A stretch of DNA of 64,000 nt from Candidatus Hadarchaeota archaeon (GCA_964474885.1 CAYYWO010000004.1:12923-76922), one strand, 5' to 3'. Counted from the stretch's first letter, positions 1-10,292 are shown. The notes: a model not told the origin generated them from the letters alone. Numbers and translations are program-made.

Positions 1-449
<449 letters not shown>

Positions 450-584
450 CTGGGTGGCCGCAAGGTGACGGGGAGTGCCGAACCTATCTCAGACCCGAAG
501 CCCAGTACTCGGGTCCACATCCTGTCGCCACACCCGGATGCCCGCTTCCTCACAGCTCGGAGCGGGAACGCGGTGTGGCCGGCT

Positions 585-597
585 ATAAAATATAGTT
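585..597. promoter_or_regulatory. A/T box CTATAAAATATAG between divergent 16S rRNA (minus) and kinase gene (plus); candidate shared TATA element
   Basis: Only AT-rich element in the GC-rich spacer. It lies about 140 nt upstream of the 16S mature 5' end on the minus strand and about 25 nt upstream of the plus-strand GTG/ATG at 619. Confidence 0.4.
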
Positions 598-618
598 GTT
601 GCCGGTTAAAACGTTTAC

Positions 619-1107
619 GTGAAGCTCCCAGTCATCATCATCTGCGGGCCACCCCGGACGGGAAAGAGCACGATCGCCAGGATCCTCTCCAGCAGGCTGG
701 GCGCAACCCTCATATCGACAGAGAAGTTCAAGAAAAAGGTCTACAAGAGGTTGATAAAAGAAGTTCAACAAAAAATAGGGACCAGCATACTGGTGCTGGA
801 TGGGACCTTCTACCGGGAGACTTGGAGGGAGAAGGTAAGGGCACTCGCCGCCAAAGCCGGCGCTCCCTTCCTGATCGTTCACCTGACCGCAAAACCCGAG
901 ATCCTGCTGGAGAGGGATAGGGCGAGCACCTCCCCCAGGGGGGAGAGAGCCATCAAGATAATTTGCGCCGAATTTGAGCCCGTGGAGGCAGACCTGACCT
1001 GCGATTCTGGCTCCGCCACACCGGAAGAGATCGCAGAGCTCGCCCTGGACCTTCTCAGGTCGAAGTTTCCCCAGTTCACAGTGAGAAAACAAGACGACAG
1101 CGCTTGA
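619..1107 (+). CDS. P-loop NTPase/kinase family protein
   Basis: Walker A motif GPPRTGKST near the N-terminus; 162 aa, small kinase-like size. The start may be GTG at 619. Confidence 0.65.
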   Translation: MKLPVIIICGPPRTGKSTIARILSSRLGATLISTEKFKKKVYKRLIKEVQQKIGTSILVLDGTFYRETWREKVRALAAKAGAPFLIVHLTAKPEILLERDRASTSPRGERAIKIICAEFEPVEADLTCDSGSATPEEIAELALDLLRSKFPQFTVRKQDDSA

Positions 1108-1372
1108 GAAGACTCTTTAAAGGTTTGCCTAGTACCTCAAAGTTCTCCCCCCCAACCGGTCTCCCCAGGCCGTCGCAAAAATACACCCTTGCATCCCTTC
1201 CCCTGATGGCGAGCAACAGATAGGAAATTAGTCTCTCTCGGACTTGCAGGTGCGGGAGCCATCCGCGTGTCATAACAGGTATCTGCCTCACTCTGTAGAC
1301 CTCAACTCTTCCGGCACCCTTCTGCTTCTCCTGCTCAGCCAACTGGCGCAGGGATCTCACAGCCTGCCTCAT
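1076..1372 (-). CDS. hypothetical protein (small ORF downstream of queC)
   Basis: Its start overlaps the queC stop by 4 nt (coupling-type overlap). No recognisable motif. It overlaps the kinase 3' end by 32 nt. Confidence 0.3.
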   Translation of the reverse strand: MRQAVRSLRQLAEQEKQKGAGRVEVYRVRQIPVMTRGWLPHLQVRERLISYLLLAIRGRDARVYFCDGLGRPVGGENFEVLGKPLKSLLKRCRLVFSL

Positions 1373-2115
1373 TCGGGTGGATGGGCATAAACCGACGGGT
1401 CCACAACTCCTGCCTGCTTGAACGCCAAGTACCTCCGGCGGCAGTTAGAACAAACGCCGCAGTGAACCGGGAGCCTCTCACCCTGGACCTCCCTCCACCC
1501 GGCCCCCGCGTAGCACGAGTAGGTGTACTTCCAAGGAACCCCTAGCCTCTCTCCCTCCCTCACCACAGCATCCTTGTCGTGCTTGATCAGGGGGGCGATG
1601 ATTCTGTATCCCCCGTGGTGCGTGGCCTGCTCAGCCAGCCTGTTCATCTCCTCGAGGAACTCCGGTGTGTTATCCTTCATCGGAACGGGCGTCTCCCTTC
1701 TTATCCCTATGTAAACATCGTACCTCTCTCCCGTGGAGATGTAGTAGGACTCGGCATGAGCGAGCCCGACTAAGAGCAGAATCGCATTCCTGCACGGATC
1801 CCACCACCTGAGTATCCTTTGTCTTGCCTTCTCAGGCACCCAAAGGTCCTCAGGCTTCGTCTCAGGGATGGGCGCATCTTTCTTTGTCAGTAGCGAGGTA
1901 CTGATCTCGCCCAGCCACCTCAGGTCTATCTTCTTCATCCTGACCCCCAGCATTTCCGCCACCTTCCTTATACAGAACTCCTCGTACTCGGCGGTGCGCT
2001 GCCCGTAATTGCAGAAGATCAACTCCATTTTTGGGGGCTGGAGGACTTTTTTGACATAATAAGCTGTGGTTACCGAGTCCACACCCCCCGAGATCATGCA
2101 AATTGCGTTTCGCAT
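1369..2115 (-). CDS. queC: 7-cyano-7-deazaguanine synthase QueC (archaeosine/queuosine precursor)
   Basis: N-terminal PP-loop SGGVDS; C-terminal Cys cluster CGVCSNC; about 248 aa. Confidence 0.9.
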   Translation of the reverse strand: MRNAICMISGGVDSVTTAYYVKKVLQPPKMELIFCNYGQRTAEYEEFCIRKVAEMLGVRMKKIDLRWLGEISTSLLTKKDAPIPETKPEDLWVPEKARQRILRWWDPCRNAILLLVGLAHAESYYISTGERYDVYIGIRRETPVPMKDNTPEFLEEMNRLAEQATHHGGYRIIAPLIKHDKDAVVREGERLGVPWKYTYSCYAGAGWREVQGERLPVHCGVCSNCRRRYLAFKQAGVVDPSVYAHPPE

Positions 2116-2167
2116 TCCTAACTCCTTGCAGTTTTATAACGGCTTTAATGGAGTCGAGCAAGGATGA

Positions 2168-3169
2168 ATGGCAAAGATATATTCGGACACTGATGCTGAC
2201 CTGGATCTCCTCAAGGGAAAAACGATTGCGGTCATGGGTTACGGAAACCAAGGAAGCGCTCAAGCCAACAACCTGAGAGACTCCGGCCTTAGGGTTGTGA
2301 TAGGAGCTAGAGAGGGACCCTCCGCCAAGAGGGCTCGGGAGGACGGGTTCGAGGTGCTCAGCTTCTCGAAGGCTACGGAGGTAGGGGACATCATCCACAT
2401 GCTGATACCCGATGAGTTCCAAGCGGACATCTACCATGCTCATATCGGGCCGAGACTCAAGGCTGGAAAGACCCTCTGCTTCAGTCACGCCTTTAACATT
2501 CACTTCAAGTGGATCGTCCCGCCCTCCGACGTGGACGTCATAATGGTAGCACCCAAGGCACCTGGAGCCCTTTTGAGGCGCATGTTTCAAGCGGGCTCGG
2601 GGGTCCCTGGCCTGATTGCCGTTTACCAAGATGTGAGCGGGAGAGCGAAAGATGTTGCCCTAGCTCTAGCCAAAGGGATCGGCCTGACACGCATAGGTGT
2701 TGTGGAGACGACCTTCAAAGAGGAGGTAGAGACGGACTTGTTCGGGGAACAGGTGGTGCTGGTTGGCGGGGTGTCAGAACTCATCAAAGCCGGCTTCGAG
2801 ACGCTAGTTGAGGCTGGGTACCAGCCGGAGATAGCCTATTTTGAGTGTTTGAATGAGCTCAAGCTGATAGTGGATCTGATATATGAGCGCGGACTCCAAG
2901 GCATGTTCTCTGCGGTTTCGAATACCGCTGAATTCGGAGGATATACGAGGGGACCTCGAATCATCGACAAAAGAGTCCGGGAAAGGATGAGGGAAATCCT
3001 AGCGGAGATCCAGAATGGGAAGTTTGCCGAGGAATGGAAGAGGGAAAAAGAGAACGGTTTTCCCACCCTGAAGCGGGAAAGAGAAAAGCTGGCCCAGCTT
3101 TTGATCGAAAGGGTAGGAAAAGAGCTCCGGAAGTGGGCGGGCATAGAGAAGACAACTGCCCCACCCTGA
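2168..3169 (+). CDS. ilvC: ketol-acid reductoisomerase
   Basis: N-terminus MAKIY...[24 protein letters not shown] Rossmann motif; 333 aa. Confidence 0.95.
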   Translation: MAKIYSDTDADLDLLKGKTIAVMGYGNQGSAQANNLRDSGLRVVIGAREGPSAKRAREDGFEVLSFSKATEVGDIIHMLIPDEFQADIYHAHIGPRLKAGKTLCFSHAFNIHFKWIVPPSDVDVIMVAPKAPGALLRRMFQAGSGVPGLIAVYQDVSGRAKDVALALAKGIGLTRIGVVETTFKEEVETDLFGEQVVLVGGVSELIKAGFETLVEAGYQPEIAYFECLNELKLIVDLIYERGLQGMFSAVSNTAEFGGYTRGPRIIDKRVRERMREILAEIQNGKFAEEWKREKENGFPTLKREREKLAQLLIERVGKELRKWAGIEKTTAPP

Positions 3170-3756
3170 TGAATGGGTTGGGACAGTCATCACACCCAAA
3201 GACACACTCTAGTGAGTGATTGGCGGGCGGTTTCTTCCAGAGCATAAAATACTGTTAACACCTTGCCAGAAATATCCTGAACGTAGAGCCAAATTTTTTG
3301 CGAGTCACGGAATGATTTCGACAACGGTTCTCAAAAATCTGTAAGTACGGAAATGCTGAGCGAGAACTACTCAGTCCCCACCTGCCTAGCCAGACAAGAA
3401 ACCGAAACGCTTCTTGATCCTCAGATCGCTGAATTCATGATCTTGTACTACTCGTCAGTAGGCCTCACCGACCTAGAGATTTTTTTCATAGAAGATGACC
3501 TCGTTGACCTAGAAGTTCTAACAGACGGGTACTTCGGCTTAACGTGCTGGATCACCCTCATGATGAACTTTTTGAAGGGCTTGATAGCATTTGAGTACTC
3601 TGGACCCAGAGACATCTCCTCCCTCAACACATTTGCCATAGCTTCCGCTGCCGTTCTTGAAACCGCCCAAGCTATGAGGCAGACCCGACTCTTAGATCCT
3701 TTATTAACCTTTGCGCATTCCTCTCGGATTGGACACTCCTTGCAATTCACTCAAAA

Positions 3757-4278
3757 CTACATTTCTTCTTTTAAGGAGGGGCGTTCAACGCCGAAGAAGG
3801 GGGCGGCGGGATCGTCCTTCACAGTCTCACGTACGACCAGCGTACTCGTCTCTTTTACGCCCACTACCTTGTGAATGCGCTTGATCAACCTAGACAGCTC
3901 GGCATGATCCCGGGCCATCACTTCGAGTATCGCATCTTGGTGGCCCAGCAAATAGTGAAACTCCTGGACGTTGGGGATCTTTTTCACGAGTCTTTCGCAC
4001 TTCCGCCTGACATCCCCCTTTGGGCTGATCCTGAGGAGGATGTACGCCTTCAAGTTGAGGCCGAAGTCCTTGGGATCCGGTTTGATCGTGAACCACAGGC
4101 CACTCATCCTCATCCTAGCTATCCTTTTCGCCACGGTTTGTCTGGTTGTGGACGTCTTTCTAGCTAACTCTATCAAGGACTGCCGACTGTCCCTCATGAG
4201 CTCCAACATGATTTTTCTGTCCAGTTCGTCCATTAACTTTTTGTTAATCCAAGACATTTTTAAGTGGACAATTGCCAA
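3757..4278 (-). CDS. Lrp/AsnC family transcriptional regulator (likely true start at M16, about 4233)
   Basis: N-terminal HTH (LDELDRKIMLELMRDSRQSLIELARKTSTTRQTVAKRIARM) plus C-terminal RAM domain. The longest ORF start at 4278 would overlap the divergent PEPCK gene. Confidence 0.85.
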   Translation of the reverse strand: MAIVHLKMSWINKKLMDELDRKIMLELMRDSRQSLIELARKTSTTRQTVAKRIARMRMSGLWFTIKPDPKDFGLNLKAYILLRISPKGDVRRKCERLVKKIPNVQEFHYLLGHQDAILEVMARDHAELSRLIKRIHKVVGVKETSTLVVRETVKDDPAAPFFGVERPSLKEEM

Positions 4279-6167
4279 ATTTTAAGAAAATGTCCGATCA
4301 CTTGGAGATACTCCGGCAGAGACTGGCTAAGAACGAGCTGGAGAAGATACTTAAGATCTCCTCGACCGAGATCCACAAATTCGTGGCGGATGCCATCGAA
4401 CTCTGCAACCCAGACGACGTTTTTATTTGCAGCGACACTCCAGATGAGATAGCGCACATAAAGCACATGGCGATCGCAAGCGGGGAAGAGAGTGCCGCTC
4501 TGGAAACCCCTGGTCACACTTACCACTTCGATGGTTACTTCGATCAGGCGAGGGATAGAAAGGTCACGAGATTTCTCGTCCCCAAGGGTGAGTCGCTAGG
4601 GATCGCCCTCAACCAGATCGACAGGGATGAGGGGTTGAGGGAAATCAGGGAGTTACTGCGGAACTCCATGCAGGGAAAAACCATGATCGTCAGGTTTCTG
4701 TGTTTGGGCCCCCTCAATTCCATCTTCACCATTCCATGCATGGAGTGTACTGACTCATGGTACGTAGCACACTCGGTGAGCCTGCTCTATCGCCCGGGCT
4801 ACAGGTACTTCGTCAGTTCGAACATGAAGGAGGTGTTTAAGACCCTCCACTCGGCCGGTGAGCTGGATGAAAGGAAATGTAGCCGGAACTACCAGAAAAA
4901 GCGCATTTACATCGACTACATAACGAATACCGTCTATAGCGTGAACACCCAGTATGCTGGGAATTCGGTGGGATTCAAAAAGCTCGCCTTGAGGCTGGCC
5001 ATCAGGAAGGCACACCGCGAGGGATGGCTCGCGGAGCACTTCATGATAGTGGGAGTGAAGGGGCCGGGGGGCAGGAAAACGTACCTCGCCGGGGCGTTCC
5101 CGAGCGGGTGCGGGAAGACGTCCACCGCCATGCTACCGGGTGAGACCATACTTTCCGATGACCTAGCCTACGTCAGGAACATCGATGGGGTGTGCAGAGC
5201 TGTGAACGTGGAGGCGGGCATCCTAGGGATAATCCAGAACATAAACCCTGAGGATGATCCCCTGATCTACAAGGTGCTGACCAGTCCGGGGGAGATAATC
5301 TTTACGAACGTTCTGATCAAGGATGCAAAACCCTGGTGGACAGGAATGGGCAAGGAGCTGCCCAAATCAGGCATCAACTTCTCTGGGGAGTGGTTCGAGG
5401 GGAAGATAGGGCCGGATGGGAAGAAAGTGCCCCCATCTCATCCGAACGCAAGGTACACCGTGTCCCTCAAGATGCTACCAAACTGCGACCCCGAGCTGGA
5501 GAACCCCCAAGGGGTGGAGCTGAAGGGGATAATGTTCGGAGGGAGGGACTACAGGGCCAACGTCCCTGTCCAGCAGGCCTTTGACTGGGATCACGGGGTG
5601 GTCACCTTCGGGGCCTGCCTGGAGACCGAGACTACCTTCGCCATAACCGAGGCGCCCAAATTCGAGATAAACGTCATGAGCATCCAGGACTTCCTCTCCA
5701 TCCCACTCGGGCAGTACATCCAGAATTACCTGGACTTCGGGAGGAGGCTCAAGAAAAAGCCGTTGATCTTCGGTGTAAACTACTTCCTCAAGGATCTGAA
5801 GACGGGGGAGTTCCTAAACCACCGCATGGACAAACACGTGTGGGTGAAGTGGATGGAGCTCAGGATCCACGGCGAGGCTGGAGCCCGGCGGATACCCACC
5901 GGACTGATCCCCGAGTTTGAGGACCTGAGGAGGCTTTTCGGGGAGGTAAGGCACAGGAGTTACAGTGAAGAGGAGTACGAGAAACAGTTCACCGTGAGGG
6001 TACCCGAGCTGCTGAGCAAGGTTGAGCGCTGCCTAAGCTTCTGGAAGAAAGTCCCGGATGCTCCCCCTAGGGTCTTCGAGGTGCTCGAGGAACAGAGGAG
6101 CAGGCTCCTGCGGACGAGGGAGGAGTTCGGCGAGTACATATCTCCTAGCCGCTTCCCAAGCGCTTAG
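4272..6167 (+). CDS. pckG: phosphoenolpyruvate carboxykinase (GTP); ORF opens with TTG at 4272, first ATG at 4290
   Basis: GTP-PEPCK kinase-1a motif FPSGCGKTSTAM and overall length of about 625 aa. Confidence 0.9.
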   Translation: MPNFKKMSDHLEILRQRLAKNELEKILKISSTEIHKFVADAIELCNPDDVFICSDTPDEIAHIKHMAIASGEESAALETPGHTYHFDGYFDQARDRKVTRFLVPKGESLGIALNQIDRDEGLREIRELLRNSMQGKTMIVRFLCLGPLNSIFTIPCMECTDSWYVAHSVSLLYRPGYRYFVSSNMKEVFKTLHSAGELDERKCSRNYQKKRIYIDYITNTVYSVNTQYAGNSVGFKKLALRLAIRKAHREGWLAEHFMIVGVKGPGGRKTYLAGAFPSGCGKTSTAMLPGETILSDDLAYVRNIDGVCRAVNVEAGILGIIQNINPEDDPLIYKVLTSPGEIIFTNVLIKDAKPWWTGMGKELPKSGINFSGEWFEGKIGPDGKKVPPSHPNARYTVSLKMLPNCDPELENPQGVELKGIMFGGRDYRANVPVQQAFDWDHGVVTFGACLETETTFAITEAPKFEINVMSIQDFLSIPLGQYIQNYLDFGRRLKKKPLIFGVNYFLKDLKTGEFLNHRMDKHVWVKWMELRIHGEAGARRIPTGLIPEFEDLRRLFGEVRHRSYSEEEYEKQFTVRVPELLSKVERCLSFWKKVPDAPPRVFEVLEEQRSRLLRTREEFGEYISPSRFPSA

Positions 6168-7093
6168 GAGACTTTCAGGATCTCTTCAGCAATCCTGATC
6201 GCGTGAACGGTCTCCCTGACATCGTGAGTCCTGATGACGTGGGCACCGTTCGCAACCGCAAGCACTGTGGCGGCTATGGAGCCTGCCAGCCTATCGGCTG
6301 GATCCGGCAGGTTCAGAATCCGACCGATGAAGGACTTCCTAGAGACCCCCACGCAGATGGGTCTGCCCAGCTCCCTAAGGCAGCCAAGTTTCGCCAGGAT
6401 CACGACATCCCTCTCGTACCAGTCCCCCTTCAGTACGTCCTGCCCTGCAGAGGTAAGCGGCCCGACGCTGAAGCCTATCCCCGGGTCCACGACTATCCTA
6501 GACTCCTGAAGGCCCCCCCGCCTGGCTATCTCCAAGCTCTCGCGGAGGCACTCCAGCACCCCCTGGATGGATGCGATCCTCTCACCGCCCTTCTGCCTTG
6601 CCAAGAGCAACTCCCCAGGACGGACCCAGGAAGCCATGACAATGGCCGATGCACCGTGGCGGGATATCACGCGGGCCATCTCAGGGCTAGCCTTCAGCCC
6701 GCTCACATCGTTTACTATTTCGGCTCCCTGACCCAGTGCGGCTTCCGCCACCTCCGCCCGCTGGGTATCCACCGAAATGGGTACACCTATACTCTCCAGC
6801 TCCTTCAGGGCGGGCATCAAACGCTTCAGCTCCTGCTGGGCCGAGATCTGTCTGGCTCCGGGCCTTGTGGAAAAGGCCCCGACGTCTATTATGTCGGCAC
6901 CCTCCTCGATCATGCGTTCCGCCCTCTTTCTCACGTCCCCCGGCTTCCTCACGGAGCCCGGATAGAAGGAATCTGGACTCAGGTTTATCACACCCATCAC
7001 TGCAACAGGCCTTCCTTCCCCTACCTCCAGAGACCCCAAGCGAGCCCTGATCATGACAATTGTTTCGTTCTCTTCTCCCGATTGGATTCCCAT
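6164..7093 (-). CDS. dihydropteroate synthase family protein (pterin-binding)
   Basis: VMGVINLSPDSFYPGS and DIIDVGAFSTRPGA motifs typical of the DHPS/pterin-binding fold; 4-nt convergent overlap with pckG. Confidence 0.8.
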   Translation of the reverse strand: MGIQSGEENETIVMIRARLGSLEVGEGRPVAVMGVINLSPDSFYPGSVRKPGDVRKRAERMIEEGADIIDVGAFSTRPGARQISAQQELKRLMPALKELESIGVPISVDTQRAEVAEAALGQGAEIVNDVSGLKASPEMARVISRHGASAIVMASWVRPGELLLARQKGGERIASIQGVLECLRESLEIARRGGLQESRIVVDPGIGFSVGPLTSAGQDVLKGDWYERDVVILAKLGCLRELGRPICVGVSRKSFIGRILNLPDPADRLAGSIAATVLAVANGAHVIRTHDVRETVHAIRIAEEILKVS

Positions 7094-7221
7094 TCTCCTG
7101 CTTCCATGAGCAATTAGGTTTTCGGTTAAATGACTGTCACCCTAAGGAAGTGTTGATAAGTAAACTTCGTATAACTGTTGATAAAGATGCCGAGGTTTTG
7201 TAACAGATGAACACTTTGCCT

Positions 7222-8829
7222 TCACGCTTCCCCGAGCGTGAGCTCGAATGCGGCGACTGGATGCCTCAATTCAAAATTTTGGAGGACCAGGGGGTGCACC
7301 TCCCCATAAAGCCCGATCGTCCTTCCCTCGGATTGAACCTCCACCACCCTGCCCTCCATGAAGCTGGGGTGGCTGCCCTCCCTGTGCACCGCGTGAAAGC
7401 GTAGCTCTCTCAAAACCGCCTCCACCACTGCTTTGATCTGCGTGAAGTTCCCGCCCACCCACGCGGCGGCAAGCTTCCTGTACGTGGCTACAGTCTCTCC
7501 CTTAAGCTGGGGGATCACCACATCACCCACCTCGAAGAACTTTTGAGGCAACTCATAGATCCTGTTTCTCGCACAGGTCTGCATGAGGGAAGGTAGAAGC
7601 CAAGTTCTCAGGATGGTGAATTCCTCCGACACCGGGTTGGCCACCTCGACCGCTTCCCCCCGGACGAGCATTTGCTCGAAGTTCACCCTTGGATTCGTCA
7701 GGATGTAGTTCATCACCTGGGTAAAACCCAGGCCCAGCATAACCAGCCTAGCCTTCCTCGAGACTTCTTCCAAGGGGTGCGTGCCCCCGACGGTGGCCAC
7801 CCTCGGTTGGACGGGTTCAATCCTGTCGTAGCCGTAGCCTATCGCCAGCTCCTCTATGAGGTCCACCTCGTGCATCAGATCCACACGGTAGGGAGGAGCC
7901 AGCACTCGATCCCCGCGCGGCTCGAACCTCATTCGCCTTAGTATCTTCCGGGCTTCCTTAGGGGTCAGTCTGATACCCAAGTACTTGCAGGCCCTCCTCA
8001 GATCGAACTTCATCGGAGAGGGTGTCAAGCTCAAGCGCCTCACCCTGGGGACGATCTTGACCTCTTCTAAGGTGAAGCCCCGCTCCGCCAAAGCACACAT
8101 AAGTATCTTTAGGGTGTTCACGACCACCCTCTCATCCGTACCGGTTACGTCGATGAAGAGGTTCCTCGTTCGGACAGTGACCTTGGTGTCCTCGCTGTTG
8201 ACGATGGGGGGCATAGAAAGCACCGTGCCCCTCGAATCCACGAGGATGGGATACCTGTCCTTCCCCTCGAGCAGGTGCGCGAACTCTGCTCCCTTTGGAT
8301 GCTTCCTGAGGATCTCATCCAGGGACATCCTCTCTGACATGCCAAGGGGAACAAAGCTCACCTGATCGGGCTGGACTGCTCTGTAATAAATGGGGGGCGT
8401 GATAGTATCGAGGTCATAAACCCCTATCGATGCTTTCCTTCTCCGCCTGCAGTAGGTCTCGTGTAGCTTTTCTTGCGCCTGCATGAGGGAGATCAGACTC
8501 TCCTCGGTGAGGTTGACCCTCCTCACCACGCAGGCTCGGATGAAGGGCCTGACCTGCCTGACCGACTCCTCCACCTGCAGCTCGATCCTAGGCTTCCTCA
8601 CCCTGTACCTTCGCAGGCCTGTTTGGACACCCAGCATGCCCTTCACGAGCCTAGCCACTCCCTCGATGGTGAGCAGGTCTGGACGGTTGTGGGGCACCTC
8701 CACCCTCAGCTCCTGCCCGACGATTTCCGCCTCCATGCCTGCTTGGTCAAGTACCCGGATGACGCTTGTGACATCTCGCCTCCCGACCAGCTGCCCGAAG
8801 TCGCTCAAGTTTAGATTGACCACCGGCAT
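7222..8829 (-). CDS. pheT: phenylalanine--tRNA ligase beta subunit
   Basis: 535 aa, archaeal PheT size; N-terminal B3/B4-like region; directly downstream of and overlapping pheS by 1 nt. Confidence 0.88.
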   Translation of the reverse strand: MPVVNLNLSDFGQLVGRRDVTSVIRVLDQAGMEAEIVGQELRVEVPHNRPDLLTIEGVARLVKGMLGVQTGLRRYRVRKPRIELQVEESVRQVRPFIRACVVRRVNLTEESLISLMQAQEKLHETYCRRRRKASIGVYDLDTITPPIYYRAVQPDQVSFVPLGMSERMSLDEILRKHPKGAEFAHLLEGKDRYPILVDSRGTVLSMPPIVNSEDTKVTVRTRNLFIDVTGTDERVVVNTLKILMCALAERGFTLEEVKIVPRVRRLSLTPSPMKFDLRRACKYLGIRLTPKEARKILRRMRFEPRGDRVLAPPYRVDLMHEVDLIEELAIGYGYDRIEPVQPRVATVGGTHPLEEVSRKARLVMLGLGFTQVMNYILTNPRVNFEQMLVRGEAVEVANPVSEEFTILRTWLLPSLMQTCARNRIYELPQKFFEVGDVVIPQLKGETVATYRKLAAAWVGGNFTQIKAVVEAVLRELRFHAVHREGSHPSFMEGRVVEVQSEGRTIGLYGEVHPLVLQNFELRHPVAAFELTLGEA

Positions 8830-10292
8830 TATCCGCTCCTCAGCCAGTTTAGATCATTGGAGAAAAGCATGCGGATGTCGTCCACGCCCAGCCTTAGCAT
8901 TATGAGGCGGGAAAGACCTATCCCCCAAGCTAGGACGGGCTGCCTTATCCCTAGGGGGAGCAACAGTTCGGGTCTGAACATCCCCGCCCCCAGGACCTCA
9001 ACCCACTCTCCCCTTGCTTCATGATAAACGAGCGCCTCGGCTGAGGGCTCAGTGTAGGGGAAGTACGAGGGGCGGAACCTTACCCGCTCGAAACCCAGCT
9101 TCCGGAGAATCTCCTTCAGGTACCCGAACATGTCCCTAAGAGTCAGACCCTCTTGCATGACTATCCCCTCGCACTGGTAAAACTCAGCTAGGTGCTTGTA
9201 GTCTATTTTGTCGTGTCTGAAGACTCTGCCTATGCTGAAGATTTTGACGGGGGGTGCAGGCCTGCCCGAGAGATACCTAACCGTCGCGGCGGTCGTCTGG
9301 GAGCACAGGAGAAGCCTCCTGCTGATGTTGAAATCGAAACGATACCCCCAGCCTCTCGAGCCCCCCACTCCCCGCTCGTGAGCGACCGCCACCTTTCTCG
9401 CGAGCTCCTCAGGGATCTCTCCCAAGGATGGTTTCTTCAGGGTCAGACTGTCGTGGATCTCCCTAGCGGGGTGATCCTGGGCTTGGAAGAGGGCGTCGAA
9501 GTTCCAGAACTCTGTTTCCACGATGCGGCTCGGGATCTCTTGAAAACCCAAACTAATCAGTACTTCCCTCACCTCGTCTATAACCCTTTGCTGCGGATGC
9601 AGTCTAGCGGGATAAACTGGGGAAACAGGAGCGAGCACGTTGTAGCGCTTGAACTTCACTTCCCTCCACTTTCCGCTGACGAGCAATTCTGTCGTCAGCT
9701 CGGAGACCTCCTCCTCGGGTGGCGGGACCTCTGTTTTCTTCCCCAGCTCGGTGAGTGAGACGTGACGCGAGACTCTTTTTTCCAAGTGCACCAGGCCACG
9801 TCTGCACAAAACCTGTAACTCGGGATCCACTCGCTCAATCACCTGCCCCTTGCTCGCCCTCCTGAGCCAGGCCTCCTCGGGCCACGTCTCGTCCCTGAGC
9901 CTCAGGCCCTCCTCAGTTGGTCTCAAAAGGTTGTTCTCTATTTTGACGAGCTTCTTCCGCCTCAGCCAGCCTAAGGCTATCCGCATTTCCTGATCACTCA
10001 GCCGTGCCTTCCTCTTCGCTTCATCTAGGGGCATCTCCTTCTCGAGCACCCTGAGCAAGCACTTCTCGGGCAAGCCTTGCTGGAGGTATTTCAGACCTTC
10101 CTCCGACAGAGATAGGTGATACTTGGTCTCCTCGGAGACCCTCACAAGGCCTGCCTCCTTCAAGGCCAGAATCCCCCTCATGACGGCTGCCTGGTCCATT
10201 TGGGCGAGCTGCGCCAGCTGCTCAACCGTCCCCTCCCCGCACTCCTTCAGCTTGAGCAGGACCACCCGGGACTCCCTGTTCAGGTCAGACAT
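8829..10292 (-). CDS. pheS: phenylalanine--tRNA ligase alpha subunit
   Basis: 487 aa; class II core motifs (FRHDKIDYKHLAEFYQCEG, GAGMFRPE); N-terminal winged-helix repeats. Confidence 0.9.
   Translation of the reverse strand: MSDLNRESRVVLLKLKECGEGTVEQLAQLAQMDQAAVMRGILALKEAGLVRVSEETKYHLSLSEEGLKYLQQGLPEKCLLRVLEKEMPLDEAKRKARLSDQEMRIALGWLRRKKLVKIENNLLRPTEEGLRLRDETWPEEAWLRRASKGQVIERVDPELQVLCRRGLVHLEKRVSRHVSLTELGKKTEVPPPEEEVSELTTELLVSGKWREVKFKRYNVLAPVSPVYPARLHPQQRVIDEVREVLISLGFQEIPSRIVETEFWNFDALFQAQDHPAREIHDSLTLKKPSLGEIPEELARKVAVAHERGVGGSRGWGYRFDFNISRRLLLCSQTTAATVRYLSGRPAPPVKIFSIGRVFRHDKIDYKHLAEFYQCEGIVMQEGLTLRDMFGYLKEILRKLGFERVRFRPSYFPYTEPSAEALVYHEARGEWVEVLGAGMFRPELLLPLGIRQPVLAWGIGLSRLIMLRLGVDDIRMLFSNDLNWLRSG

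Noticed and set aside
6203-7117. 304-aa plus ORF antisense to dhps; similar long antisense ORFs at 8473-8905, 9192-9758, 29857-30558, 33508-34241 and 59618-60840
   Set aside because: Each overlaps a gene with clear family motifs on the other strand and is Pro/Ser/Arg-rich without motifs. Such ORFs are typical GC-rich antisense artefacts.
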